From assembly GCF_009914755.1 (NCBI RefSeq), contig NC_060935.1: a stretch of DNA of 64,000 nt; one strand, written 5' to 3'. The translations under genes were made by a program, and so were the position numbers. Shown here one piece after another: positions 25,731 through 39,350 of this stretch (positions are counted from its first letter, which is position 1; every line of letters begins with the position of its first letter). The notes beneath the pieces were generated by a model that ran no database searches, was not told the DNA's origin, and was given only the letters and a program-made list of their open reading frames with translations. The DNA comes from the human T2T-CHM13v2.0 reference genome, Homo sapiens.

Positions 25731-26689
25731 AGTAAGGCAACTACTTTAATTCAAAAAACATTGACTCCCATTGTTAACATTCATCGGGACCAATGTTTTA
25801 TATGCCTTTTGGTTCTTGCAATTAAAAGATTATCATAAATAAAATATATTAATCCTTTTAACTTCAAATAGTGTTATTTAGGCCACTATTTTAAACGCCA
25901 AATTTCAGTAAGAAAAGCATAATACCATGCCTTGGGTCTGTCACTCCTGACTTCCAAGGAGTTCAGATTGTTTTCACACATGTTATCCAGTTTATGCTCC
26001 TGCAGTCCAGGGACATAGACAAAGAAAAAAATACGCCTATTTTACTAAGAGCAGAGTGCAATGCTCAGAGAGGGTGCATAATTTTTTGGTCCACAGAGAA
26101 AACAGATTTTATAATCATGCTTCTACCTCACCCAATACGAGGCTCTACCTACTCATTTTTTATTTTGCACTAATTTGTGCAATTTTGTGAAATTTCCTCT
26201 TTAAATAGCCATCACAATTTATCTGCCCCTCTCTGGTGGCATGCTTTGTTTATTTAAACTTTATATTTTAACAATCTTTATGGAGCTCCTGCAATGTGAA
26301 GAATAAGATTTCTGGCAATGAGAGGGGTCAGAAGCTGAGAAACAGAAGCTAGGGGAAAGATATACAAACGGAAGTTAGTCTCTTAATTTACCAGAAGTTT
26401 ATAGCCAAGTAGAGTTTGAGGAGGTCAATGGAGAGGAAGCAGACAAAACATAATAACACAAGGGCTTGCATGAAAAACCCGGCAGGCTAAACATGGAACT
26501 CATCAACCTGCAGGTCCTCATGAAGAACTCTCTTTCAGATTGTGAGAGATACTGCTTTTAAATTTAGTCTATAAAGCCTGATTAGTGGCTTTAGGTCTAA
26601 AGCTAATGGGACAGAGGCTTCATCTTCCTTATTGTGTCTTATCTAACAGATGGAACATAGTAGGTACTCAATTAATTAATGAAGAGTGA

Positions 26690-26865
26690 TAGGGGAGAGG
26701 AGACTAGAGGAAGGAAGGAAGAAAGAAAGAAAAGAAGAAATAAGGGAAGGAGGAAAAGGAGAGAGGGATAATTGAATTACAAAAAGAAAAGAAGGAGGGA
26801 AAGAAGGAAGGAAGGAAGGGATGGAGGGAGGGAAGGAGGGAGGGAGGGAGAAAAGGGAAGGAATA
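26690..26865. repeat. Purine-rich (GGAA/GGGA)n low-complexity tract
   Basis: Read directly: gaaggaaggaagaaagaaag...ggagggagggaaggagggagggagggag. Confidence 0.9.
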
Positions 26866-27049
26866 GAGCTTTATAGTGTGTTTACAGTCTAGGTTTAGTG
26901 TTTACTTACAAATAACTCTACCCTCACACCTGGAGTGATCAACTAGAGTAAACTCATGGAGATAAGAAAAGATTTTGTATTCATGAAATAAAAAGGTGCC
27001 AGGAAGAAGACACAGAGAGACAGGGAGAGAGGAGAAAAGGACAGAGGGA

Positions 27050-28320
27050 AGAGAAAGAAAACAATCAATAATAAAGATCATTTGGAAATTTGTATGTAAT
27101 AGCCAAATAAAAATTAATTAAAATATTCAAAGGTAAGTCAAAGAAATCATTAAGACAGTAGAAGTAAAAGATCAAAAAATATTTTTAAAATAAGGGAAAA
27201 AAGATAAGACAGTGAAAGGATCAATCAAGGATGTCCAAATTCCACTAAAGGTATCCAGAAAGAGGAAAAAAAATAGTGGGAAGGAAATTACCATATAAAT
27301 TATTTAAGAAAATATCCTCAAACTGAAGGGCATTTAACACCAGGTTGATATAATCTAGCACCCACTGTCTGCCCAGTCATAGCTGATACTAAAACTATTC
27401 AACATCTGTGAAGCATGGGCACTGTTTCAAGTTGTCACAGGAAAGCTATTGTCAGACAGATTAACATGCAGGATTTTTTTATGGGGTGCTCTTGGATTCA
27501 GTATTTGTGAAAAAGAAATGAAGGAGGCAGGACTGGGGAGAAAGGCAAATTGTGCTGTGTCCCAGTGAAGTCCCACATGACTGGAAATCTGGGAATTGAA
27601 ATGGCCCTTCAGAAGTCTCCCTTATTGGGAGAAGAATAGGACTTTGTACTCAGCATTGATCATTGATTGAATATACATTATTCCTGGAAGGGGAAATGAC
27701 TACAAATATGGCAGTTTTCATTAGCTCAGGCAAGAGAGATCTCAGCTGAGGGCTGTCATCTAGCAGTACTCCCAGCAGCTGGAGGAATAAATATTTCATT
27801 CCTGAAGGGAAACCTTGGTTGCACACTACAGCAGTGTTATAGGCACCACACAATCATAATAATGGACTTTGACTTATATACTGCATTTTTGTGCATTGGC
27901 TGGATGTTGCCTGTCATATTGAATTGACAAGCAATAATTTAAAAGCCATACTAAGGGACAGTATTGGCAATTTTAGAACATCAGTATTCCCACATGCTCC
28001 CAGAAAAGCAAAAACAATATATCACATAGACTTCAACAGGAAACAGAGTGGCACCAGACTTTTCAACAACAACACTGGAAACTGAAAGACAGTAGGTCAA
28101 TGCCTTCAAATTCTATGGGCAAAATTATTTTCAACCTAGACTTAATGCAAAGTCAGATTATCAAGCAAGTGTGTGGATTATGTAAAGATATATTCGGACA
28201 TGCAAAAACTCAAAAATGTTACTTCCCTTCCCTCTTGTTTTAGGAAAATACTAAAGAATGTTCTCTAACAATTGAAAAAGCATATCAAGACAAGAAAGAT
28301 GGTATTCAGGAAACATGAAC
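27050..28320 (+). mobile_element. Old L1M/HAL1 ORF1-region fragments interrupted by LTR16
   Basis: gtggcaccagacttttcaacaacaacactggaaactgaaagacagtaggtcaatgccttcaaattct...attattttcaacctagac resembles the old L1 ORF1 C-terminal region. Confidence 0.65.
27440..27852 (-). mobile_element. LTR16-family (ERVL) solo LTR
   Basis: ggggtgctcttggattcagtatttgtg...ggaggcaggactgggg...cagctgagggctgtcatctagcagtactcccagcagctgg. Confidence 0.7.
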
Positions 28321-28327
28321 TCTCCCT

Positions 28328-28700
28328 TGCTGTGATTTGAATGTGTCTCCCAATTTTATGTGTTGGAAATGTAATCCTTAATGCAGCAGTGTTGAGAGGT
28401 GGGATCTTTAAGAGATGATTAGGACATGAGGGTTCTCCCCTCATGAGTTGATTAATGCTGTTATTGCTATAGTGGGTTAGTGATCACAGAAGTGGGTTCC
28501 TGATAAAAGGAAGAATTAAGTCCCCTTATCTCCTCTTTCTCTTGCCCATCCACCATGGAATGACACAATAAGACCCTTGCCAGATGAGGCTTCTCAACCT
28601 TGGAATTCTCATCTTCCAGAACTATAAGAAATAAATCTCTGTTCTTTATAAATTACCCAGTCTCAGGTATTCTCTTATAGCAGCACAAAACAGAGTAAGG
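28328..28700 (+). mobile_element. MSTD-like solo LTR
   Basis: tgctgtgatttgaatgtgtctccc...gtgttggaaatgtaatcc...gtgggttcctgataaaagga...ataaattacccagtctcaggtattctcttatagcagcacaaaacaga. Confidence 0.85.
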
Positions 28701-28784
28701 GACCCCCACCACACCCTCCATCAAAAGAAGAAAAGGTAAGTATACTAACAGTTAAAAGAGAAGTACTCCATCACTCCAAACACT

Positions 28785-29471
<687 letters not shown>

Positions 29472-29527
29472 GATAGAATGACAGTTGCTCAGTATTTACA
29501 TAGAACAGCCCATCAAGATTTGATTGA

Positions 29528-29876
<349 letters not shown>

Positions 29877-30153
29877 TAAAAATGGGATTGATAAAAATGG
29901 GATTGATAATTTGACACATGTGCACATGTATCAATTTACATAAATAGTATTGAGAAGCCTATTAAAATTGTGTTGCCTTTAAAAGCAATTAAAAATTATA
30001 CACAATTTTAGAAAATAAAAAGAAATAAACATAAAATCAGGCAATTAACTTGAGAAGGAAAACAAAGCATATAAGAAAGTAAATAGAATCATAATATACT
30101 ACTGGTCTCAGCAGTATTTACATGGGCAATATTTACATGGAGAAAGTAATGTA

Positions 30154-30503
30154 CAGTAGTCCCCCCCTTATCTGCAGGGAAAACATTCCAAGATCCCCAG
30201 TGGATACCTAAAACCTAAAATGGATACCTAAAACCAAAAATAATAATAAATCCTATATATACCGTACTATGTCTTGTCCTAGTCATACATACCAATGATT
30301 AAGTTTAATTTATAAATTAGGCACAGTAAGAGATTAACAACAATAACTAACAATAAAGTCCAACAATTATAACAATACACTGTAATAAAAGTTATCCAGT
30401 CTCCCTCACTCTCTCTCAAAATATTATATTTTCAAAGTTACCTCATTGACCTGAGGTAACTGAAACTATGAAAAGTAAAACCTCAGATAAGAAAGGACTA
30501 CTG
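30154..30503. mobile_element. MER44A-like (TcMar-Tigger) MITE with terminal inverted repeats
   Basis: TIRs cagtagtccccccttatc / gataagaaaggactactg, preceded by TA. Internal aagtttaatttataaattaggcacagtaagagattaacaacaataac. Confidence 0.88.
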
Positions 30504-31115
30504 ACATTTTATTTAACAAAACTGTGATGTAACTATGTTCAAAGGGAGACTGGAGATTAAAAAAAAGTCAGGGGAAATGAAGGTTACACATGAACTAAAT
30601 TCTTGTCTACCATAAAAGGGTAATAAATAATTTCTAAAGTTGACATCAGGTTAACAAGTAATTTCTAAAATCTATAAATCAAGAAAAATCAGCATTAATG
30701 TATTATTTATAAATAAGAAATAAAATGTCAGAAAAAATGTCAAAGTATTTGAAAGTTACTAGAGAACAGAATTAGAATATGATGCGAGAGAACAGAAAGC
30801 TGCTGTTTTTCATTATACGGCTTGAAAATATCATTTGCTTTATTTTATAAAAATTTAAACTATGAACATATGTTAATTTGATAAAAATAAAGATAAGTTT
30901 AAAAACAAATATATCAAGTAAAAATATTCCTTAGTCAGTGCCTTAGGTGAGAGGAATACAAAGATGAATAAAGACCATCTCCAACTTAAAAATATTACAG
31001 TCTAATACAACATAGGACATAGCCAGGAAGATTTTTTTAATTGCTTTTTAATTGCTTGTTAGTGTTTATCTCTTTCCAGGAAAATAGAAAGGAGTTCTGA
31101 CTAACTGAATTTTCT

Positions 31116-34100
31116 TTTATTCCAAAGTATTTTTATTTTAATTTGTGTGGGTACATAGTAGGTGTATATATTTATAGGGGTACATTAGATGTTTTGATAC
31201 AGGCATGTAATGTGTAATAATCACATCATGTAAAATTGGGTATTCATTCTCTCGAGTATTTATCTTTTGTGTTACAGACAATCCAATTATACTTTTAGTT
31301 ATTTTAAATATATAATTAAATTATTATCAACTATAGTCACCCTGTTGTGCTATCAAATACTAGGTCTTACTCATTTTTTTCTAACTGTATTTTTGGATGC
31401 ATTAACCATCCCCATGTTCCCCCCAGGCCCCAACTACCCTTCTCTGATAACCATCCTTCTACTATGTATCTCCATGGTTTCAATTGTTTTGATTTTTAGA
31501 CCCCACATATAAGTGAGAATATGCAATGTTTGTCTTCTTGTGCCTGGCTTATTTTACTTAACATAATAATCTTTAGTTCCATTCATGTTGTTGCAAATGA
31601 CAGGATCTCATTATTTTTACAGTGAATAGTACTCCGTTGTATATAAGTGCCACATTTTATTTATTCATTCATCCATTGATGAACATTTAGGTGGCTTCCA
31701 AATTTTGACTATTGTGAACAGTCCTGCACAAATATAAGAGCGCAGATATCTCTTCGATATACTAATTTCTTTTCTTTGGGGTATATACCCAGAAGTGGGA
31801 TTGCTGGATCAGATAGTAGCTCAATTTTCAGTTTTTTGAGGAATATCCAACATATTCTCCATAGTGGTTGTACTAATTTACATTCCCACCAACAGTGTAC
31901 AAGGGTTCCCTTTTCTCTACATCCTCTTCAGCATTTGTTATTGCCTGGCTTTTGAATATAAGCCATTTTAACTGGGGTAAGATTATATCTCATTTTAGAT
32001 TTGATTTGCATTTCTCTGATGATTGGTGATGTTGAGCACCTTTTCATTCATACATATACCTGAATGCCATTTGTATGTCTTCTTTTGAGAAATGTCTATT
32101 CAAATCTTTTGCCCATTTCTCAATTGGATAATTAGAGATGTTTTCCTATAGAGCTGTTTGAGGTCCTCATATATTCTGGTTACTAATCTCTTGTCAGTTT
32201 GTAAATATTAATCTGGTTATTAATCTCTTGTCAGGGTAGTTTGTAAATATTTTTTTCCATTCTGTGTGTTGTCTCTTGACTTTGTTGATTGTTTCCTTTG
32301 CTGTACAGAAACTTTTTAACTTTATATGATTCCCATTTGTCCATTTTTGCTTTAGTTGCCTGTGCTTGTGGGGTATTGCTCAAGAAATCTTTGCTGAGAC
32401 CAATGTCCTTGAGAGTTTCCCCAAAGTTTTCTTACAGTAATTTCATACTTTGAAGTCTTAGATTTGAGTCTTTAATCCATTTTAATTTGATCTTTGTATA
32501 TGGTGAAAGGCAGGGTTCTAGTTTCATTCTTCTGTATATAGATATCCAGTTTTCCCAACACCATTTATTGAAGAGACTGTCTTTTCCGCACTGTATGTTC
32601 TTGGCACCTTTGTCAAAAATAAGTTCACTGTAGGTGTGTGGATTTGTTTCAGGTTCTCTGATCTGTTCCATTGCCTATGTATCTGTTTTTATGCCAGTAC
32701 CATGCTTTTTTGGTTACTATAGCTCTGTCATATAATTTGAAGTTAGGTAATGTGATTCCTCCTGTTTTGTTGTTTCTGCTTAGGATAACTTATCAATTCT
32801 GGTCTTTTGTGGTTCCATATAAATTTTAGGATTGCTCTTCCTATTCCTGTGAAGAATGTCATTGGCATTTTAATAGGGATTGCACACCATCATGTCCAGC
32901 TAATTCTTTGTACTTTAGTAGAGATGGAGTTTCACCATGTTGTCCAGGCTGGTCTCAAACTCCTGAGCTCAGGCAATCTGCCCACCTTGGCCTCCCAAAG
33001 TGCTAGGATTACAGATGTGAGCCACTGTGCCTGGCCAGAATTCTTCAATTCTTTAATGGTGCAATATTGGTAGGTCGTGTGTGTCTAAAAATTTGTCCAT
33101 GTCTTCTAAATCTTCCAACTTATTGTCATATAGATGCTCATATCAGTCACTAATAATCCTTTGGAGTCTTACAGTATCAGTTGTAATGTCTCCTTTTTCA
33201 TTTGTAATTTTATTTATTTGAATCTTCTCTCTTTTTTTCTTTGTCTAAAGGTTTCTCAATTTTGTTTAACTTTTCAAAAAAACTAACATTTTGTTTCACT
33301 GATCTTTTGTATTGTTTTCTTCAGCTTTATTTACTTCTGCTCTGATCTTTATCATACCTTCTCTTCCACTAATTTTGGGTTTGTTTGTTTTTGATTTTCT
33401 AGTTCCTTAAGATGCATTATTAAATTGTTTATTTGAAGTTTTTCTTATTTTCTGATGTAGACACTTATAGCTATAACTTCCTCCTTAAGTACTGTTTTGC
33501 TGTATTCCACAGGTTTCAGAATGTTGTGTTTCCATTATTACCTATTTCAATAAATTTTGCTATTTTCTTCTCAATTTGTTCATTGACTCACTGGTCCTTC
33601 AAGAGCATATTGTTTAATTTCTATATATTTGTAAAGCTTCCAAAATTCCTCTTGTTATTGGTTTCTAGTTTTATTCCATTGTGGTCAGAGAATATGCTTG
33701 AAATTATTTCAATTTTCTGAATGTTTTAAGATTTGTTTTGTGACCTAACATATGCTTTATCCTTGAAAATGTTTCATTTACTGAAGAAAGGAATGTGCAT
33801 CCTGAAGCCATTTGGATAAAATATTCTGTAAATATCTATTAGCTCCATATAGTGCAGATTATGTCTGATGTTTCTTTGTAGATTTTCTGTTTGGAAGGTC
33901 TATCCAGTGCTGCAAGTGGGGTGTTGAAATCTCCAGCTATTATTGTATTGGGGCCTAGCTCTCTCTTTAGCTCTAATATTTGCTTTATACATCTGGGTGC
34001 TCCAGTATTCAGTGCATATATATTTAAAATTGTTATATCATCTTGCTGAATTGCCCCCTTTATCATTGTATAGTGACCTTCTTTGTCTGTCCTTACAGTT

Positions 34101-36669
34101 TTTGTCTTGAAATCTATTTTGTCTGATATAATATAGCAACTCCTGTTCTTTTTTTGCTTCTATTGGCATGGGAAATCTTTTACAATTTCTTTATTTTCAG
34201 TCTATGTGTGTGTTTATAGGTGAAGTGTGCTTTTTGTAGGCGACAGATATTTCCGTCTTGATTTTTTTATCCATTCAGCCACTCTATGTCTTTTGATTGA
34301 ATAATTTAGTCCATTTACATTCAATGTTGTTATTGATAAGTAAGGACTTACTCTTGCCATTTTGTTATTTAATATCTGATTGTTTTCTGGTCTTCTCTTC
34401 CTTCTTTTCTCCATGTCTTCATTTTAGTGAGGGTGATTTTCTCAGGTGATGTGATTTAGTCTTCTGCTTTTTATTATTTGTATATTCGCAGTGTATTGTT
34501 TTTTGGTTGGAGGTTACCATGGAGCTTGCAAATAGTATCTCAACCTATTATTTTAAATTAATATCAACTTAACAGCATTCACATAAATAAATGAACAAAA
34601 AGAAAACTAATAGACTCTACACCTTAACTTCATCCCCCTCTGCTTTTTAACATTTTCTTATTTATTTTCATATCTTATTGTACTGTCTATGTCTTGAAAA
34701 GTTGTTGTAGTTGTTATGTTTTTGGTTCATCACTTAGTCTTTCTACTTAAGATAAGTGCAGTTTACACACCACAGCTACAGTGTTATAATATCTGTGATT
34801 TTCTATGTACTTACTATTCTCAGTGATTTTTGAACGTTCATGATTTCTTCTTGATTTCTTATTGCTAATTAATGTCTCTTTCTTTCTGATTGTAAGCATT
34901 CTGATCTGTAAGCATTTCTTACAGGACAGGTCTGTTGTTGATGAAATCCCTCAGCTTTTGTTTGTTGGGGAAAGTCTTTATGTCTCCTTCAAGTTTGAAG
35001 AACGCTTTTACTGAATATACTGTTCCAGGGTAAAAGGTGTTGGGTTTTTTTTTGTTTTGTTTTTTCTCTTTGCACTTTAAATATGTCATGCCACTTTCTC
35101 CTGGCCTGTAAGGTTTCCACTGAAAAGTCTGCTTCCAGATGTATTGGAGCTTCATTGTATTTGTTTATTTTCTCTTGCTACTTTTAGGATCCTTTCTTTA
35201 TCCTTGACCTGAGGGGGTTGATTATTAAATGCTTTGAAGTAATTTTCTTTGGGTTGAATCTGCTTGGTGTTCTATAACCTTCTTGTACTTGGATATTGAT
35301 ATCTCCCTCTAGGTTTGGGGAGTTCTCTGTTATTATTCCTTTGAATAAACTTTCTATGCCTATCTCTTTCTGTACTTCCTCTATAAAAGCAGTAATTCCT
35401 AGATTTGTGCTTTTAAAGCTATTTTATAGATTCCATAGGTATGCTTCATTGTCTTTTATTCTTTTTTTTCTCCTCTGACCATGTATTTTCAAATAGCCTG
35501 TCTTCAAGCTCACTAATTCTTTCTTCTGGTTGATCAATTCTGCTATTAGAAAGCTTTGATGCACTCTTCAGCACGCTAATTGTATTTTTCAGCTCCAGAA
35601 TTTCTGCTTGATTCTTTTTAATTATTTCAATCTCTCTGTTAAATTCATCTGATAGAATTCTGAATTTTTTTCTCTGTGTTATCTTGAATTTCTTTGTTTC
35701 CTCAAAACAGCTATTTTGAATTCTCTGTCTAAAAAGTCATCTCCTATTTCTCCAGGTTTGGTCCCTGGTGCCTTATTTAGCTCATTTGGTGAGGTTATGC
35801 TTCCCTGGATGATGTTGATTTCTCCCACTAGTAGATGTCCTTTGGTGTCTGGGCATTGAGGAGTTAGGTATTTATTGTAATCTTCTCAGTCTGGGCTTGT
35901 TTGTACCAGTCATCCTTGGGAAGGCTTTCTAGATTGTCGAAAGGACTTGGGCATTGTGATTTAAGCTATATCTGCTTTAGGGGGTACCCTAAGCCCTGTA
36001 ATGCTGTGGTTCTTACAGACTCTAGAGGCACCTCCTTGATGGTCTTGGACAAGATGTGAAGAATTATCTGATTACCAGGCAGAGACACTTGTGTTCTTCC
36101 CTTACTTTCTCCCAAATAAATGGATTTTCTCTCTCTCTCTCTGTTCTGAGCCACCTGGAGCTGGTGGTGGTGTGACACAAGCATGATTAGGACTCTGCTG
36201 GTTCATACCTGAAGCCAGTGCAGCACTGGGTCTTGCTCAAGGTTTGTTTTAATCATTCCCTGGCTACAGCCTATGTTTTCTCAAGGCCCTGGGGCTCTAC
36301 AATCAGCAGGTGGCAAAGTCAGCTATGCCTGTGTTCTTCCCTTCAGGGTGGCATGTTCCCCCAGAACCGAGTTCAAAGCCTCACAAATGCTATAATCTCC
36401 CTCTCCCCAGCACACTAAAATGCTTTCCATACCATGTCAGGGCTGCTGGAGGATGGGGGAGAGGTGGCATCATTGATTTAAGAGTGTTTTTTCTACCTCT
36501 TCAATGTCTTTTTCAGCAATATAAAGTTAACACCATCTACTGTGTGCTCATCTTTTTTTAGTTCTTATGAAGGTGATTTTTTTGGTGTAGATAGTTGTTA
36601 AATTGGCATCCTTGCAGGCGAGATGGTTGGTGGAGCTTTCTATTCTGCCATTTTGCTCCACTCCAAAGT
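31116..36669 (-). mobile_element. Near full-length L1MA2/3-like LINE-1 (5'UTR, ORF1, ORF2 EN, ORF2 C-terminus, 3'UTR), decayed, RT domain deleted
   Basis: EN remnants MARVSPYLSITTLNVNGLN and ITILNIYALNTGAP..IIAGDFNTPL; ORF2 remnant [26 protein letters not shown]; ORF1 remnant KTFPNKQKLRDFINNRPVL. 5' terminus revcomp ggagtggagcaaaatggcagaatagaaagctccacc. TSD ctaactgaattttct (31101-31115) / ctaattgaattttct (36670-36684). Confidence 0.93.
32885..33036 (-). mobile_element. Partial Alu (left arm + linker, AluJ/S-like); right arm and tail absent
   Basis: caccatcatgtccagctaatt...gtagagatggagtttcaccatgttgtccaggctggtctcaaactcctgagctcagg...gagccactgtgcctggcc. Confidence 0.9.
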
Positions 36670-37471
36670 CTAATTGAATTTTCTCATTAGCTAGGTTTTA
36701 TTTACTCAGGAGAAATTCAGCCTCCACTTTTGCCTCCCTTCACTTTTCTGTGTAACTTTCCCAGCACTTCAGACTCACCTTCTACCAGAGGCACAGAAGG
36801 GAGAACCGACTCTGTCGTTTTACTGAAAATGAGGACCCCACGAGAAAGCAGTTGAATTCAACTCCAGGTGAGCCTGGAGGAATCAGCCTGAAGGTGACTC
36901 TGCAGCTTGCCTGCTGTTGCTCAGCAAAATGGTCTCACCCGCCAGGAGTGAGCAGACTGTGCTTCTGGGTCCAAGCCACTGATCACATCTAAAGTGTTAT
37001 GCTTGAAACCCAGAAAAATAGATGAATGTACTCATTGGAAAATATGTTTTCACCATAAAATTTCTGAGAAAGTATAAACTGTAAACTAGTTAACATTTTT
37101 TAAGGCAGCTGGTCAGATACAAAAGTAAGCTGGTGATAGCTCTTGTAAATACTATGTCTGTGGCAGAGAAATTGCAGAAGCACAAACAACTTTAAACACT
37201 AACAGCTAGCCGGTTAAAGGAGATAAACTTCGCCTGTTATTTTGCTTGGGGCGGCATACAGCCTGGAATGGAAAACTGTCTGGTAGAAGACAGAAGACCT
37301 GGATTTTGAAGCTTGTATATCCACAGAAAATTTATTTCTCCAGGAATTTAATGGTTTAACAGCCTGATTTTCACAACTGCTATAAAGAAGAAACCACTAA
37401 TATTTACATTGCTTTCAGTTTGTAGAGTCCTTTGTAGTTCACCAAGTGTGGTGGAAATAAATACTACAGAT

Positions 37472-37631
37472 CAGTGGTTCTCACATAAGAAATGGGGAAC
37501 ATAAAAAATACTGATAGCCAGGCCCTACCCATGCTGAAACTAGAATCAGTTGAGATGAGACTTTGGCATTGGTATTTTTAAAGGAAGTATCCCAGATAGT
37601 TCTAATGTGGTTAGCAGTGTCTGAAACCATG
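37472..37631. mobile_element. MER5A1-like MITE
   Basis: cagtggttctca...aaaaatactgatagccaggccctaccc...ggcattggtatttttaaa...cccagatagttctaatgtg...tgaaaccatg. Confidence 0.7.
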
Positions 37632-39159
37632 TTAAAAATGGGAAACATTGTATGATGAAAAAAAACTGGGGAATGTGAACATATTAGCCCTCCATTTACA
37701 GGCTGAATAGACTTGAGTGAGAAATTTTATCTTTAAGTCTCAATTTATTCATTTGCAAAACAAGGATAAAAATCTTGTTATCCCTTATATGGAAGTTTAA
37801 GGCTCAGGAGAGTTTCTCTGAAAACACTTCATAAATTATGATGTTCTGATCAAATGTCAGCTGTGAGGTTATTCTGACTCTAGTTCTAAAACACAGAAGG
37901 GTCAATCAAAAGAGCTAAGCAAAACTCGTAGCCAGCCTGACAACTAGAGTCACTGGATGGCCAACTTTTCCAGAAGAAAAAAATCTTTAAGACATAATAC
38001 TATGGTCATCAAATTCTAAATGCCTGCCTCTGTATTGGACTAGCTATAAGCACATGAAATTCCAAGAGTAGAACTTTAGCAAGCAGCAAAAAAGATAAGA
38101 AGATTCAGGAAAAAGGAATCCACAAGACCTCCATGATCCCCCTAAAATCCCCACTCAAGAAACTCATATATTTCATTTCAGTTTAGGCTAGCCCTGTTCT
38201 TTGACTACTAAACTCATGCTATGATGTAAGTAAACTGCCTGGAACACAGTAAACACTTAAATGCCCATTAGAATACTGTCTAATTTCTCAATATGAAGAA
38301 ATAGTCTCATTATAAGTCTGTGTGTCTATGTTCATAGGTGCAGTTTAAACCCTACAGATAAAAAAAAAAAAGCAGCTAAAGTAGGGTGGGTTAGCCATTA
38401 AGAATATGAGACCAAAGCTCTGGCCACAAATACTGGATCATTGAGTCATTATTAACCACTATCTTAGAGACTGTCCATGTTTCAAGACTGTGTCTGCCTA
38501 AAGCTCTTTTTACCCAGTGAACCTAATCCTTCAGCCTCTATACATAGTCTACTGGGTTCCTAGCAATCATTACATTGTAACTGGCATTCATGAGACTATA
38601 ATCACTCTAGGAGCAAAAAGAGATCAGGGAACCTAGATGACTGCTTTCTGAAGGAGATGAGGTCTCGGTTGAACCTTCAAGGTAGACGGGATTGAACAGG
38701 CAAAACGAAGAGGACATTTTAATGGAGCAAATAGCATGACTCATGGGAAAACTGAAGACAGAAATAAGACAACTTTAACTGTAATCTATTTTCAGGCAAG
38801 AAGGGTCAGATTATACAGGGGTAAAAGCAGTTCCCAGAGAGGTCAATATAACAGTAGCATTTTTCTCTACCACATTCCTGAGTGTAGATGACTTCTAATA
38901 AAGTTGGTTGGAGAGATTCATGGTTTTTAGAAGAGAAAACAAATAGCCTTCTACTGTAAATGCACAAACTTGTTATCCATTCAGTCAAAATCTATTCATT
39001 CTAGAAGTTTTTGTTTTTGTTTTGTTTTGCTTTTAGGATCTTCTGCTGAGTGAGGCTCTGTGCTAAGTATTGAGGACTCATTGCTGGACAAATCACAATT
39101 CCTGTCCTCCAGCAGTTTACAACAGTCTTGCCATTTTAAAAGCACAGAAAAGTAGGTCA

Positions 39160-39350
39160 GACAAGCTTTGTGACCTTGGACAAGTGACTCACCTTGGAGC
39201 CACAGATTTCAAAATTTTCAAATGGGGTAATATTTATAACCACTTCACAGGGTGGTTAAGAGTATTTAATAAAATAATGTTTATAAAGCACTCAGCACTG
39301 TGCCAGTCACATAATACGCACTCTATAATATTAACTATTATTACTGTATT
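39160..39350 (+). mobile_element. MIR
   Basis: tgtgaccttggacaagtgactcacctt...aaatggggtaat...cacttcacagggtggttaagagtatttaat...taaagcactcagcactgtgcc. Confidence 0.8.

Noticed and set aside
33839-34414. Endonuclease-like ORFs as a functional gene
   Set aside because: They are frameshifted remnants of the L1 ORF2 APE domain in a dead element lacking RT.
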